Under the pieces are notes generated by a model. The model was not told where the DNA came from. It made no database searches and saw only the letters and a program-made list of their open reading frames with translations. The translations under genes and the position numbers were made by a program. A stretch of 64,000 nt of DNA, from positions 414,333-478,332 of the forward strand of contig NW_008246112.1 in assembly GCF_000281045.1 (NCBI RefSeq), written 5' to 3'. Positions 35,333 through 47,125 of this stretch are shown here, piece after piece; the stretch's first letter is position 1; the number at the start of each line of letters is the position of its first letter. The stretch comes from Saprolegnia diclina VS20 (Eukaryota).

Positions 35333-36055
35333 CATATATGTAGTGGTTTGTGTGCTATGCAGCTTCTTGACTCTCTTTACTCATGGTCTTGTACAATGCA
35401 CACGTTGCACACGAGGGTCTTTTGAAACTACTAGTATAGCTATTGTACTTATGGTGAACACTGTAGCTCAACGTATGGACAAAGGCGGGTGTATCGAGGG
35501 TTGCCTTCATCCACCATCCAGACGAGTCAGCACTCACACTTAATGGCGCGCAAATTTACTCACAAAGATCATCACACCAGCGTATCTTTATCCGGATCCG
35601 GATCAAGCGAGGTGGATTCGATTTAAAATTATTGAATTGGAGCTTTCCTCTACGTTAGAGCTCTCGTCGAGGTAGGTCCTCGTGTCACCAAGCGAGGTCC
35701 AGACACAACATTACGACTTGGTGTTTGAGGTGAATTCAATGCATAATTTTCTCGTCGTTGTCGTGGAGGTGTTTCGCACGACGACGACAACGAGAAATAC
35801 CATGTTCAAATGCGACTGCAGTCGTACGACTCGACCCTATACGACAGTGCCAACAGCGAAGAAGCGTTGTGTGTTGTTGTCGTCGTTTTGCTTTGAAGAA
35901 CGGTTCTTTTATTCGTACACCGTGTCTTTATCTCGCTTGACAACGCCATTTTCGGGCGCTACCAAGCCACTTTCTCAATAGGTTCTCATATCAGCTGGGA
36001 ATGCGTCGTTCTGTTGCGCACGGTACCAGCACTTCCGTACTCGCCCCCACGGACC

Positions 36056-37273
36056 ATGGCGCTCTTCCTGCTCGTGTTGCTGTCCGCGCCGCTCGTCGTC
36101 GCCCAACGCCGCCGTCAGCTCAACGATGAGTCGCCCGCACTGAGCACGGGCGTCGTGGTTGGCGTCTCTGTCGCGGGAACGGCGCTCCTCGCAGCGATCG
36201 GCTTTTGCTGGTTTGCGCGGTACCGCCGCCGGCAAGAAACGGCGTTCAAGGAGGACCTCATCATCACGGCACAGCAGCGTCTCTACCCGGCGCGCCGCCT
36301 GCCGACGCAAGAGATAGCCGAGAGCCTGCACCACAGCGGGAGTGCGCTCGCAACCATGAGTAGTGCGACGCTCGACTATGGCGACTTGGACCTCCTCCGC
36401 ATTGCGGCAGCGGACGTGGTGGCGACGCGCAAATTGGCGTCCGGGGCGTACGGCGAGATCTTCCTCGGCGAGTACGACGGCAAGCCCGTGGCCATCAAGA
36501 CGCTGTTGACCGGCCACAGCAACCGCGCCGGGATCCAGAGCTTCATTGACGAAATCAACCTTCTCGGACGGTACGACGAGTTCATGCCTATCATATCGTT
36601 GGTCGAATCCCAAGCTATCCGATACAATTGTAGGCTGGACTCGCCGTACATTGTGTCGCTAATCGGAGCTGCGTGGACGCGCGCCACGAACCTCCAGTGC
36701 GTCCTCGAGTTCATGGACCTCGGCGACTTGAAGGAGTTTTTGGCCAAGACGCCGTCGACGCACTTCCCGTGGCAGTCCAAGCTCGAGTGTGCGCGCAACA
36801 TCGCCGAAGGTCTCGTTTACCTCCACTCGTTGAGGGTCATCCACCGCGACCTCAAGTCCCGCAACGTGCTCCTCGACTCGGTCAAGGGCACCAAGCTCAC
36901 GGACTTTGGCAGCTCGCGCGAGGCGACGACCGAGACCATGACGGTTGGCGTCGGCACGTACCGCTGGATGGCGCCCGAGATCCTCAAGTACAACCAGTAC
37001 ACGGTCGCTGCCGACGTCTACTCGTTCGGAATCATTCTCTCAGAGCTCAACACACACGTGGTGCCGTATAGCGACCGCACCAACGACCGCGGCCAAGGGC
37101 TCGTGGACACGGCGATCATGAGTATGGTCATCAACGACGAGATCCGGCCGACGTTCACGCCCGAATGCCCCGATTGGTTCCGCGAGCTCGCGCTGCAGTG
37201 CTTGGTCCACGACCCGACGGGTCGCCCCACCATGATGGAAGTCTCCCATACCTTGACCACGCACCTCCACTGA
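36056..37273 (+). CDS. Receptor-like TKL kinase with signal peptide, minimal ectodomain and TM; probable 63-nt intron at 36571-36633
   Basis: MALFLLVLLSAPLVVA signal, TM GVVVGVSVAGTALLAAIGFCWF, then ASGAYG, VAIK, HRDLKSRN, DFG and GTYRWMAPE. Confidence 0.92.
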   Translation: MALFLLVLLSAPLVVAQRRRQLNDESPALSTGVVVGVSVAGTALLAAIGFCWFARYRRRQETAFKEDLIITAQQRLYPARRLPTQEIAESLHHSGSALATMSSATLDYGDLDLLRIAAADVVATRKLASGAYGEIFLGEYDGKPVAIKTLLTGHSNRAGIQSFIDEINLLGRYDEFMPIISLVESQAIRYNCRLDSPYIVSLIGAAWTRATNLQCVLEFMDLGDLKEFLAKTPSTHFPWQSKLECARNIAEGLVYLHSLRVIHRDLKSRNVLLDSVKGTKLTDFGSSREATTETMTVGVGTYRWMAPEILKYNQYTVAADVYSFGIILSELNTHVVPYSDRTNDRGQGLVDTAIMSMVINDEIRPTFTPECPDWFRELALQCLVHDPTGRPTMMEVSHTLTTHLH

Positions 37274-37608
37274 GGATCCATGTGTCCATGGTAAATGTAG
37301 TAGCAATAGTAGAGTTCTAGTAGTTTAGTTCGGGCAACACTATTGTCATACTACGATCACAAGGACAGGCAGGACACCGAGCCAAGGTGCCGGTTCAAAA
37401 AGTTCGCAACCTATGATAACACGGCGAGTGGCCACGTTATAACAGGTGACAGCGTTACGCGGCGGGTCGGTCGCACTTCGAAGCCGATCCGCATACAAAC
37501 AACAAGCTATTGTTGTCAATTGGTACGCTAACTTCGATCGAAGTACCCAGCGCCTCGGTGTCACACGGGTGTCCCCGCTGGCCTTGCCGGAAGCATGCCA
37601 TTCCCGAG

Positions 37609-39088
37609 ATGCTTGGTCAGGTGCTGCGCAGCCTCGCCGTCGCCGCCGTCGCGTCCGCGGCCCAGGTCAGTCTCTACCGCGGCGCCAACTACACGGGCGC
37701 GACGCTCGCCTTTCCGATTGTCTGGTCGGGCAACCTCCACGAGGACTGGGCCGTCGGCTTTGCCTCCCTGCGCATCCCGGGTGGCGTCGAGGTTATTGGC
37801 TACGAGCACGATAGCTTCGCCGGCGCGAGCGCCATTTGGTCGACCGACATGCCCGACATGGGCAACTGGACCGACGACGTGTCCGCGCTCGTTATCCAGC
37901 CCGCGGGCATGGGCCGGCCGCAATGGCCGCCGCCTCTGATGCCGCCGCCGACCGTCGCGAGCGAAGATGCCGCGGGTGCGAACGTCGTCATCATCGACAA
38001 CAGTGCCGGCAACATTGAGCTCATCGTCGGCGTCTCGGTCGGGTGCACGGCGGCGGTGGCGTTCGTTGTCTTTTACGTGATTCTCAAGCGCAACAAGCAG
38101 CGCGAGCGGACCTTCAAGGAGGCGTTCTTGACAAGTCCAAGCCACGAGCCGTCGAATCGCGCCAACACGGGCGCGTCGTCTCCATCCGCGACCGCCGGGT
38201 TGCGGTGGGGCGAGCTCGACGTGCTGCGCATCGACGCCGACACCGTGGTCACGAATTCGGTGATCGCGTCCGGTGCGTACGGGCAAGTGGCGCTGGGCAC
38301 GTACCGCAACCAAGTCGTTGCCGTCAAGACGCTCTTGCCCACAAAGAACACGCGGGCCGACATTCAGAGCTTCATTGACGAGATTAACCTCATGGGCAGG
38401 TACGATCGACGGTGCTGGATCCCAACGTATTCACACTGTGCATAGCTTTCAATGCCCGTATGTTGTCGAGCTTATCGGTGTGGCGTGGACGCGGCCATCG
38501 AGCCTCCAGTGCGTGCTCGAGTATATGGACATGGGCGACCTGAAAGACCACTTGGCCGAGACGACGCCGGCCAGCTACGCGTGGTCGGCCAAGCTACGCG
38601 TCGCCCAGAGCATCGCCGAAGGCCTCGCGTACCTCCACTCGATGCAGATCATCCACCGCGACCTCAAGTCCCGCAACGTGCTCCTCGACTCGGTCAAGGG
38701 CACCAAGCTCACGGACTTTGGCATTTCGCGCGAAGACACGCAAGAAACCATGACGATCGGCGTTGGCACGTACCGCTGGATGGCGCCCGAGATCCTCAAG
38801 GAAAACCTGTACACTGTCGCAGTGGACATCTACTCGTTCGGCATGATCCTCTCGGAGCTCGATACGCACCACATTCCGTACGCCGACCTCACGAGCGCGA
38901 AAGGGAAGCCTCTCGTCGACACGGCTATTATGGGCATGGTCATCCAAGGCACGATTTCGCCGAGCTTCCGGCCTGACTGCCCTTCGTGGCTCCACGCACT
39001 GGCGCTGCGCTGCATTGCGTCGAGCCCGGACGACCGGCCATCGGCGCTTGAGCTTGCGCACACCATCAAGCAGCATGCGACTGCATAG
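37609..39088 (+). CDS. Receptor-like TKL kinase with extracellular beta/gamma-crystallin-like domain; intron at 38400-38445
   Basis: Signal MLGQVLRSLAVAAVASAA; Greek-key motifs VSLYRGANYTG...ASLRIP and VIGYEHDSFAG...WTDDVSALVI; Pro linker; TM; intact kinase (VAVK, HRDLKSRN, DFG, APE). Confidence 0.88.
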
Positions 39089-39541
39089 GTTTTGCAAATA
39101 AGTAGAAAATGAATGTTTCAAGTATCATCGTTGCAACGAAGAAATGCATCTTTTGACAACGAGAAATAGTCATAGTAAGGATACGCATAATAAGGGAAAC
39201 GAGAGCACGGCTACCGTCCACAGAGACAAATACACTCCTACGTCGCATCAAAGATATGTGTGACGTGAGCAAGGAAGCGCCATCGACGACGTGGCTTTGT
39301 CGACCCTCTGGAACGTTCTTCTGGACTCTACAGTACGCATGAGCCGGTCGCGTCACCTGCGGCTGCTCGAGTTACGATGTGTGCATTTCCACACGCTGCT
39401 AACGCAGATACAGTCGAGTGCCTCGTCAAAGGCCGACTATGCCATAGCCTTGTTCTCGGCCATCAAAGGAAGCTAGTATGACGGGAACGCATATTGACAG
39501 TAAAGTGTACAAATTAGTTGGAGGTTTAAATAATGGCACGA

Positions 39542-40096
39542 CTATGCGAGCGCAAAGGCGGGCAGGGTATCTTTGGCGCTGAAATGGCACGTGTTGGCGT
39601 CGTACGCATCGACCTGTGTCGCCAGCTGGGCAAGCGTACAGCAGTGGCAAAAGATGGCGCAGCAACAGTCCTCCAAGACGTTGCCCGGGATACGGAGCAT
39701 GATGCGCACGCGGCCGCGGAGGATCATGAGCACGAGCACAACAATGAGGCTAAAGATGAGGCAGCCATTGTCCCAGTGCGACCAGCGGTCCCAGTACACA
39801 GGCAGGAAGATCGGGCCCGTCGCAAGGAGATACAAAACCGCAAACACAAGCACCGTCGCGCGGTATGAGGACGAGAGACCGATGCGGGTTGTCGTCTGCG
39901 CCAAGCTCACGCACGGGCACCACCAGGCCATGCACGCGTTCGGAATGAGGCTTTTGTAGCAATCGCAGATGCCAGTGGACCAGTGGCCTGTCGTGAGGGC
40001 CGTCATCGCGTGCACGCCGACGGCGTTGGGCGACGGGATCACAACCACGTACGGCGCCATATCGGTCGGCGCGTCTGTTGTCGGCTTGATCGGCAT
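39542..40096 (-). CDS. PLAC8/cornifelin-family Cys-rich membrane protein
   Basis: WSTGICDC, CMAWWCPCVSLAQ, RGRVR...IPGNVLEDCCCAIFCHCCTLAQ. Confidence 0.92.
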   Translation of the reverse strand: MPIKPTTDAPTDMAPYVVVIPSPNAVGVHAMTALTTGHWSTGICDCYKSLIPNACMAWWCPCVSLAQTTTRIGLSSSYRATVLVFAVLYLLATGPIFLPVYWDRWSHWDNGCLIFSLIVVLVLMILRGRVRIMLRIPGNVLEDCCCAIFCHCCTLAQLATQVDAYDANTCHFSAKDTLPAFALA

Positions 40097-41991
40097 CTCA
40101 GTGCGAGGCGGCAGAATGCAAACTGCGCATGCCTCTACGACGCTAAGATTTTTCAAGGACAGCTGGTCTCAGCGTGTCCAACACCCGGTCCTGTCCGCAC
40201 GGAAAGCTGCACGGATTGCGATTGCACACGGTTGCGGCAGCTCTGGTTGCGGCGTGACCAAGCGAGGACATTTCAAAAATTCCGTAATTTCGAGCAAAAA
40301 TAAAATTACAGAAGTTCCGCGATTTTCTCAATACGAAAACCTATATATTCAAGCGCCCTTGAGCGATTATGATTGGCAAAAACGGCATGTTTTCGCATTT
40401 CGTGCATTTTTCTGCATTTATGAATTATATTACGGAATTTTGCAAACATTACACGAAATCACGGAACGCTTGCAAAATCCTCCGACCAAGCGGCGTCGAT
40501 GCACAAATATCATTGGATCATCCGACGACAACCTCGAGCCAATCGAATTGCTTTGGTATTTTCTGCCACCCTTCTATTCTCCTGGTAGTTTTGCTGTCGC
40601 GCTTCATGGAATAATGTCCACTGCGCTTGGTTGGCAGGTCGACTGAATCGTACGTGGGTGCAATTGTGTTCTGCACGCGCATGTTGGACACGTGGGTTTA
40701 GACAGATTGTATTGTACGCGCGTCGATCCAGTCTCTGGTGTGCACACGGTTGTAGAAAGATCCGTTCTTGATGTGGGTACATCGAGCAAGTTGTTGCTGT
40801 GAACGACAACTGTGATCTCGTGTGCACGGATCGATCCCGTCAGTAGGCACCCTTTGCTGTTGTGTAAGGAATCAAGGATCTGGTGGTGCGCATGTGCTGG
40901 ATTCCTGTCGTTTGTGAATAAAGTTCGATAGTACATGTGCAGGCTGTCCACGCGCAATCCCATTTTAGATATTTAGACGCCTCGTGTGATCACCAGCGCG
41001 TCACGACGGCTACTCGTAGACCGATCAGTCATTTCTTTCACTGCGCGTCCGCATGAATCAACCGGGACCCTCGGATTCAACCACTCCGTCGTACGAGTTC
41101 GTTGGCGATGGAGGACGAGGCATTTGCGATCGAATGGCGCCCGTCCGTCCGACGCACCCCAAAATGGGGCGAAACCGCGAGCGTCGGCTGGCCTTACGTG
41201 GCCGTTTCGAGGTGGCTCGCGTAAACATATTTGCAGTCAGTCGAAAGCTTGCTGGACCGAGGAGAATTCGAAGCGCAATTCACATCCCGCCAAGCACGTC
41301 GGAAGAAAAGGCCTCTTTCTCCGAAGCCGAGGGCACGTGCGTCAGTCCATAATTTCACACACCCTACGGTACTCGAGAGCCTTGGATCGGGAGCTTCGAC
41401 TGCGTGGCGACTGGTTCAAGGGTCTTCCTTCGAGAGCTTCCATGAAACCGTCCTCCGGTCGGGCTACTAACGACGTCTATCCGTTTTATGGTCGCGTTGC
41501 ATTAATTTCCCGATCGACGCCTGTCGCCGGCTTGGTGGCGTGCACAGCTATCAGCCGAGTGGCACTGCTCTCGGATCTGCTATCGCATGACTCTTCTTGC
41601 GCTTGGATGCGGCGTCTCATCCTAGTGTGGATTCGCCTATTGTCATGTTGCGATATATCGTACTATGTGTGCACTACTCGTACGTGCTGGCGCGGACACG
41701 TGAGAGCGACCTGCTCGGTGGCGACGCGCTGGTCGCTGCGTCAAATAGCAGCACCAAGGCGCGTCCTGCAAGGCAAGGGATCGGTAGGACATGTCTAGTA
41801 GGTGTTCGGCCCTTGACGGTTTGACACATCCATTGCGATTCGAACACCAAGCGCGACCTTGTCTCGATCGGACCGCGTTAATTACCTCTGACGCATGGGC
41901 GTTGGCTGCGATTACGGCTACTGCAGTAACCTGCCAAGATACCGTTTTTGTGACCCAAGGCATTTCCAAAGTGGCCGCGTCGTACCACAGC

Positions 41992-42783
41992 ATGACCAAG
42001 GAGCGCTATGGCGGCGGCCATGACCTCGACGTGCTCGCCCAGTCGCGCGTCCAGCTCAGCCTCGACACGCGCACCAGCTCCCACGTCGTCATCAAGACGC
42101 ACCCGCGCCGGGCGACGACGGACGACTTGACGCAAGAGATCGCGACGCATGCCATCCTCGGCGCCCACGACCACCTCGTGACGATGCTCGACCACTTTGT
42201 CGTTGATGGTAGTGCCCACATCGTGCTCGAGTACTGCAACGGCGGCGATTTGCTCACTCGGCTCCAGCGCCAACAGCGGTTTAGCCCAACCGACGCAATG
42301 GCACTTGGGCTCGACGTGGCCAAGGGTCTCGCCTGCATGCACAAGCACGGCGTTGCGCACCGCGATGTCTCGCTCGAGAACGTCTTTCTTCACGAGGGCA
42401 AGTGCAAACTCGGCGACTTTGGTCTGAGCACCGAGCTCACGACCGTGCGGGGCACCGCGGGCAAGCTCATGTACATGGCCCCCGAAGTCGCGACGGGCCA
42501 TGCGGCGTACGATCCCAAGGCTGCCGACGTCTGGTCGCTCGGCATTGTCCTCTTCATCATGCTGACGGGCGTGCCCCTCTTTTCGGTCGCGGCCAAATCC
42601 GACAAGCTTTTCCGGGCCGTGCACCGCCAAGGCTTGCTGCCCGTGCTGCGCATTTGCCAAAAGAAGGGCTTTATGACTCCCGCGATCAGCGATGTGCTCC
42701 TCAAGATGCTCGTGGTGGCCCCGAGTCAGCGTATGACCAGCGAAGACGTCGTCCATGCGCTGGAAGGCCTCCATCTCTCGTGA
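41992..42783 (+). CDS. CAMK-like Ser/Thr kinase (HRDVSLEN subtype), degenerate Gly loop
   Basis: VVIK, LEYCNGGDL, HRDVSLEN, DFGL, AGKLMYMAPE and DVWSLG. Confidence 0.9.
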   Translation: MTKERYGGGHDLDVLAQSRVQLSLDTRTSSHVVIKTHPRRATTDDLTQEIATHAILGAHDHLVTMLDHFVVDGSAHIVLEYCNGGDLLTRLQRQQRFSPTDAMALGLDVAKGLACMHKHGVAHRDVSLENVFLHEGKCKLGDFGLSTELTTVRGTAGKLMYMAPEVATGHAAYDPKAADVWSLGIVLFIMLTGVPLFSVAAKSDKLFRAVHRQGLLPVLRICQKKGFMTPAISDVLLKMLVVAPSQRMTSEDVVHALEGLHLS

Positions 42784-43399
42784 GCACCCAGTAACTGCCA
42801 TCGACGTATTTAACCGAGTTTAATCCAATGCTATTTCCCAGTCCAATCAGTCTCGACGGGACTTGATCTTCTTTTGCGCATCCTGATTGGCTCGTCCAAG
42901 GGACGAATGCGCTGCTGATTGGTCGGAAATGACCAGCATGATGCCGGTATTCATTACCTCCATGTGATGTGATCTGGTCGTCCCGCGTCACCAGTGTTGA
43001 CGTACAGTGATCAATATCTTGCTGGTCGTACCGCAGCACGCGCTGGAGGTAGCAACCGAGGTTGTTGGCGACGCTTGGACGGATTCGAATCCACACCTTC
43101 GTCAAAATAGCGCCACGGTTCTCCGGCGTTGACGCGAGAGGGGCGGGAAAGCAAAGCCAACCCACGCTCATTTCTCCGCAGCGTCGAGATAGGTGCCATC
43201 TCACTCCTCTTGTGCCGAGATGGCGAATCTGCCATCAGTTGTCTATAGTTGACAACGCAACGGTCATGAAAGTGGCTGATGATAGAGCAACCGCCATCCA
43301 AGACTTGTGCTCATCGCCATTCGAATAGACGATACGTAGTTAGACCCTCGACGGACATGAATGTCATCCATTGAATCGTTGTCATGTTGGTCTATCACA

Positions 43400-44505
43400 T
43401 TACGCACTTGTGACGGAGGGTGCTTTTTTCGGCACGAGGCGGTCGATCTGGTGTCGTCGTGCCGTGTAGCCCGCCAGGATGCCGCGAATGTCCTGGAGCT
43501 TGCCCGCCTCGTTTGAAACGGGCTGCGATTCGTCGGAGGGGCGCGCGTCCACTTGGTCGATCAAAAATCCGAGCGCCTCCTCGAGCATCCGGAGCTTCTT
43601 CGCGCTCGTGGCTTCGTGACGCTCCAGTTCGCGCCGATGGGCCGCGCGCAGCTGGGCGCGCTCAAGCTGCATCTGCTCGTCGCACTCTCGCTTGAGCTGG
43701 GACTTGCACTCGGTTAAAAGCGTGTCCAACTCAAGCTTGGCATGCTGCCCATTGCTTTTGGCCGGCCAGAGACGGCTGCTTCGGGTAGCTTCCACCCGCG
43801 CCTCCTGCAGCTGCTGCTCGGTGCTTTCAAGTGCCCAGCATTTTTGCAAGAGTTGCCCTTGGATTTCTGCGAGCTGGGTATGAAGGAGCTGGTTCTTGAG
43901 CGCGAGATCGTGCACCAAATGCGAGAGCTGGCGCTCGCGTTGCGTCGGCACGGCACGCGGGGACGTTGTTTCAGCCACACAATTCGCGTCGACAAGGAGC
44001 GGCGTCCCGGGCGAGCCGCGCCGAAAGCGCAAGAGAACGAACGCCTCGGACCGCAGCGCAACGAGTAGCCGGTGGACGTGGGGGAGCGTAAACACCTCGT
44101 CGCTGTTGATTTCGCAGAGGAAATCGCCTTGGCGGATCTGGTTGCTCGCCTCGGCCGGCCCGACGTCGTTGGCGTGGAGTCGCCGGAACGACGCGACGAC
44201 GAGCCGATGGGCGTCGTCGACGGCAAGGCACACGCCGAGCCCGTGCTCGTCCTTGTGAAGCAGGACATCGTACGTCATCTACATCGCGTCAAATGTGGAC
44301 ACAAGGGCGCTGCACGCACCGGTGACGCCGCCTCGGTGCGCGGGCTTGGCGCCGGGCGCGGGGCCAAATGGCACGTGAGCACCTGCACCGGTGCCTCGGC
44401 AACCGGGAGTTCGTCGAGTGTGTGTACCGACTCGTATTCGGCGCGACGGCCTTTCCACGAGTTGATGGACTTGAGCAAGCGCGACGGCAGCGCGGTGGGC
44501 AGCAT
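43400..44505 (-). CDS. PDZ-domain + coiled-coil protein; probable intron at 44279-44319
   Basis: LHKDEHGLGV...GPAEASNQIRQGDFLCEIN is a PDZ pattern, followed by heptad-rich helices. A phase-0, 41-nt GT-AG intron joins the upstream ORF that starts at ATG 44505. Confidence 0.75.
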
Positions 44506-44865
44506 CGCGTCGCAAAGTGTGCCAATAAGATACCGCGTCGCTTCTCTTGTTCGACAGCGCGTGGCACCCCTTCGCGATCTTCTTGATCCGTTGACGGCTT
44601 TTCAGTATGAGATACAAACCGCAAGATACGATGGCTGCCTTTATCGTCTTCTGCAATCGACGCCACACTGGAGATTCCAGTGCACCGCATCGCCGTCATG
44701 TCCATGAATGTACCTCAAAATGCATGTAGCAGCGGCCCAATTCCTCTCGAAGCCGCATGACTCGACACTGGAAACATCAGCGTTGTGCCTCCATGGGCAA
44801 CCGTTTGGCTACTACATAAAGATCTATTCAATTAAATAATGGGATTTAAAACTACAAAATGACAT

Positions 44866-45183
44866 CTAGTACATGGCGCTAAACGACCACTCGACGGCGT
44901 GCCCAGGCGACAGCTTTGCCGTGTAAAAGTCGGCGAACGTGCTGTTTGAGCCGTCCACCGTGACGGGCGCTGCTGCCACCACCGGCTCGGCGGGCGTCGG
45001 TTCGTTGGCGGCCAGTCGCATGGCCCGAATGCGCTGCTGCACCGTGTCGAGGTACGTGGCATTGGCGTGGCAGTCGACGGAGCAGTAGCCCGCGATTCGG
45101 CTCTGGGCTTTGAGGAAAATATGCTTGCAGTTGCCGCACACCGCGCGCTTCTCGTCCCAGGAGGCCACCGACTTGGCAACCAT
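44866..45183 (-). CDS. Small FCS/MYM-like zinc-finger protein, paralog 1
   Basis: WDEKRAVCGNCKHIFLK...YCSVDC and terminal FADFYTAKL...VEWSFSAMY*, shared with two neighbours. Confidence 0.8.
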   Translation of the reverse strand: MVAKSVASWDEKRAVCGNCKHIFLKAQSRIAGYCSVDCHANATYLDTVQQRIRAMRLAANEPTPAEPVVAAAPVTVDGSNSTFADFYTAKLSPGHAVEWSFSAMY

Positions 45184-46641
45184 AGCAATAGACAACACGT
45201 TACTTGGACGACGCAGATTAGCAAGTGAGAGTTGAACGATGTCGAGCCTCGAACGCGCGTGCACTGTTCTGCGTACACAGCATGTTTCGGGGCTTGGCCA
45301 AGCCATTTCTCATGTCGCTGTCGGTATTACTGGTTTCGGGCAATTCCAACTGGACCTGCTGGTACCCGCACAGCGTCTCGCGTCCAACTTGCGGCCACGA
45401 GAGCGCCAATTGCCTATCGTAGTCAGTGTGTGTGCTGGGTTTGTACCCACTTGGGCGTCCCAACGATGTGATGGGGCGATCTGCCCTAAGAATAAAACCC
45501 GCCGGCCGCACAACCGCCTCTCCTCCGAGATCTCCTCGCTCGCAGCGTGTACTATAATCATGGGCGTTGCATGTTTGCAGCAGGCAAGGACGAAGGTTTC
45601 TTCACGCCTGCTGCCGAGGACATGAGGGCCGCGCAAGTGGACGGTATACGAAACAGCGCGACAAGCCGGTACAATTCAAAAAGCCCCAGCTGGACGGCCG
45701 TACCATCCATGTGCGGTCAAGGCGCCGTGTCCGCCGGTTGCAGCAGCTGTCGCTTGGTGCCGGAAACGTCCAGTACTGGCGGTGTCGCAGGTGCGCTCGT
45801 ATCCTTGGGCTCACGGACGGACCGAGCCGACACAAATGACGCGACTGTTGCCTTCGAGAGGGTGCCGAGGATGGGCGTGGGCTCAGATGTGCGCCGACGA
45901 CGACAACAAGCACTGCGTTGGCTGCATGCTCCACTGGCCGCGTACGGCAGTGTAACCTATGGCGGCTTTACGACCAACATGGTGTCGTTATTCATTGAGT
46001 CTCTGCTTGGAATTCTGAGTTGACCTCCATCGGTCGGCGCTGCTTCAAGCGTTGGACTAATGAGTACCACTCGCAAGACTTTCATAGACAGGCAGGAGGC
46101 TGGCACCCGGCGACGGTACGTTGGCGGCCTTTCTATGCATGACCACAGTGTATGCAAGCTTCGTTGCCCGCCACAGCGCGATGCTGGATCGCCGTGAGCC
46201 TCGTGAGCAGCTAGAGCAGCACGGCGATAACAAGAGTAAGGTACAAGTAGGTCAAGCTGCATGCACCAACTTGGACTGGTACCACTTGACGCAGAGCGCT
46301 ATGCATGACGTGGATATGGCCGGGCCAGCCCCACGTCGAGCCTGATGCGGGTGCATTCCGAGTCCAACACTGGTCATCAAGGGTACGCTTGCTGGTCATG
46401 TACAGGTAGTCAATCGTTACGCTGGAAGAGAGCCATCCGTGTTTCTTCAACGCATTGTCCCTCCTCTAAAGGACCGACAACTACATGGTACTAGCTCGTA
46501 GGCTCCTCTCTGGTGCGCCTTCGTGTGTCGAGGGATTCTGACGGAGCTGACAGAGCTAGGGTGCAAGAGACTCTTTGTTTCCATAATAAATAAGTGGCGT
46601 GTTGGAGGATTAAATTAGGTGTGTGTTTGGCAGCGCGAGGT

Positions 46642-47082
46642 TTAGTACAAGGCGCTGAAGGACCATTCGACGTTCTTGCCCGCGAGCTTCTCGGTGTGGT
46701 ACTCGGCAAACGTGTGGGCTTCACCGAGCGCGACTGGGCGGAGCTGCATCTCGTGCACGGGCTCGACGACGTCGACGGCGGCCTTGATCGGCTCGTCGGT
46801 CGACGCTACGGCGTCCTTCATTGCCTGGATCGCGCGCTGGATGCCTTCGAGGTACACCGCGTTCGACTTGCAGTCGACCGAGCAGTAGTTTTCGGTGGGG
46901 CTGAGCGCCTTGAGGTAGACATGCTTGCAGTTGGCGCACGTCTGGCGCTTGTCGTCCCAGGTCGGCGCCTTGACCGCCTCGAACGACGAGGTAGCGACTT
47001 CTTCAATGTCCATCAGCATCACCGGCGCGTCCGAGGTCGACGGCACGAGGTTCTTCACGAGCGCGTTGAAAAAGGCGAGCAT
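46642..47082 (-). CDS. Small FCS/MYM-like zinc-finger protein, paralog 2
   Basis: WDDKRQTCANCKHVYLK...YCSVDCKSNAVYL and TFAEYHTEKL...VEWSFSALY*. Confidence 0.85.
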   Translation of the reverse strand: MLAFFNALVKNLVPSTSDAPVMLMDIEEVATSSFEAVKAPTWDDKRQTCANCKHVYLKALSPTENYCSVDCKSNAVYLEGIQRAIQAMKDAVASTDEPIKAAVDVVEPVHEMQLRPVALGEAHTFAEYHTEKLAGKNVEWSFSALY

Positions 47083-47108
47083 AATGGTGTCGAATGTGCT
47101 GGTGATGA

Positions 47109-47125
47109 GCGAAATTGAGAAGTGC
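47109..47125 (-). promoter_or_regulatory. Oomycete INR+FPR-like core promoter of zinc-finger paralog 2
   Basis: The minus strand reads GCACTTCTCAATTTCGC about 27 nt upstream of the ATG, matching the INR (YCAYTYY-like) plus FPR (CAWTTTNC-like) arrangement. Confidence 0.6.

Noticed and set aside
36104..36133. RxLR-dEER-like motif (RRRQLNDES) after a signal peptide
   Set aside because: Not an RxLR match, and the protein is a TM-anchored kinase rather than a secreted effector.
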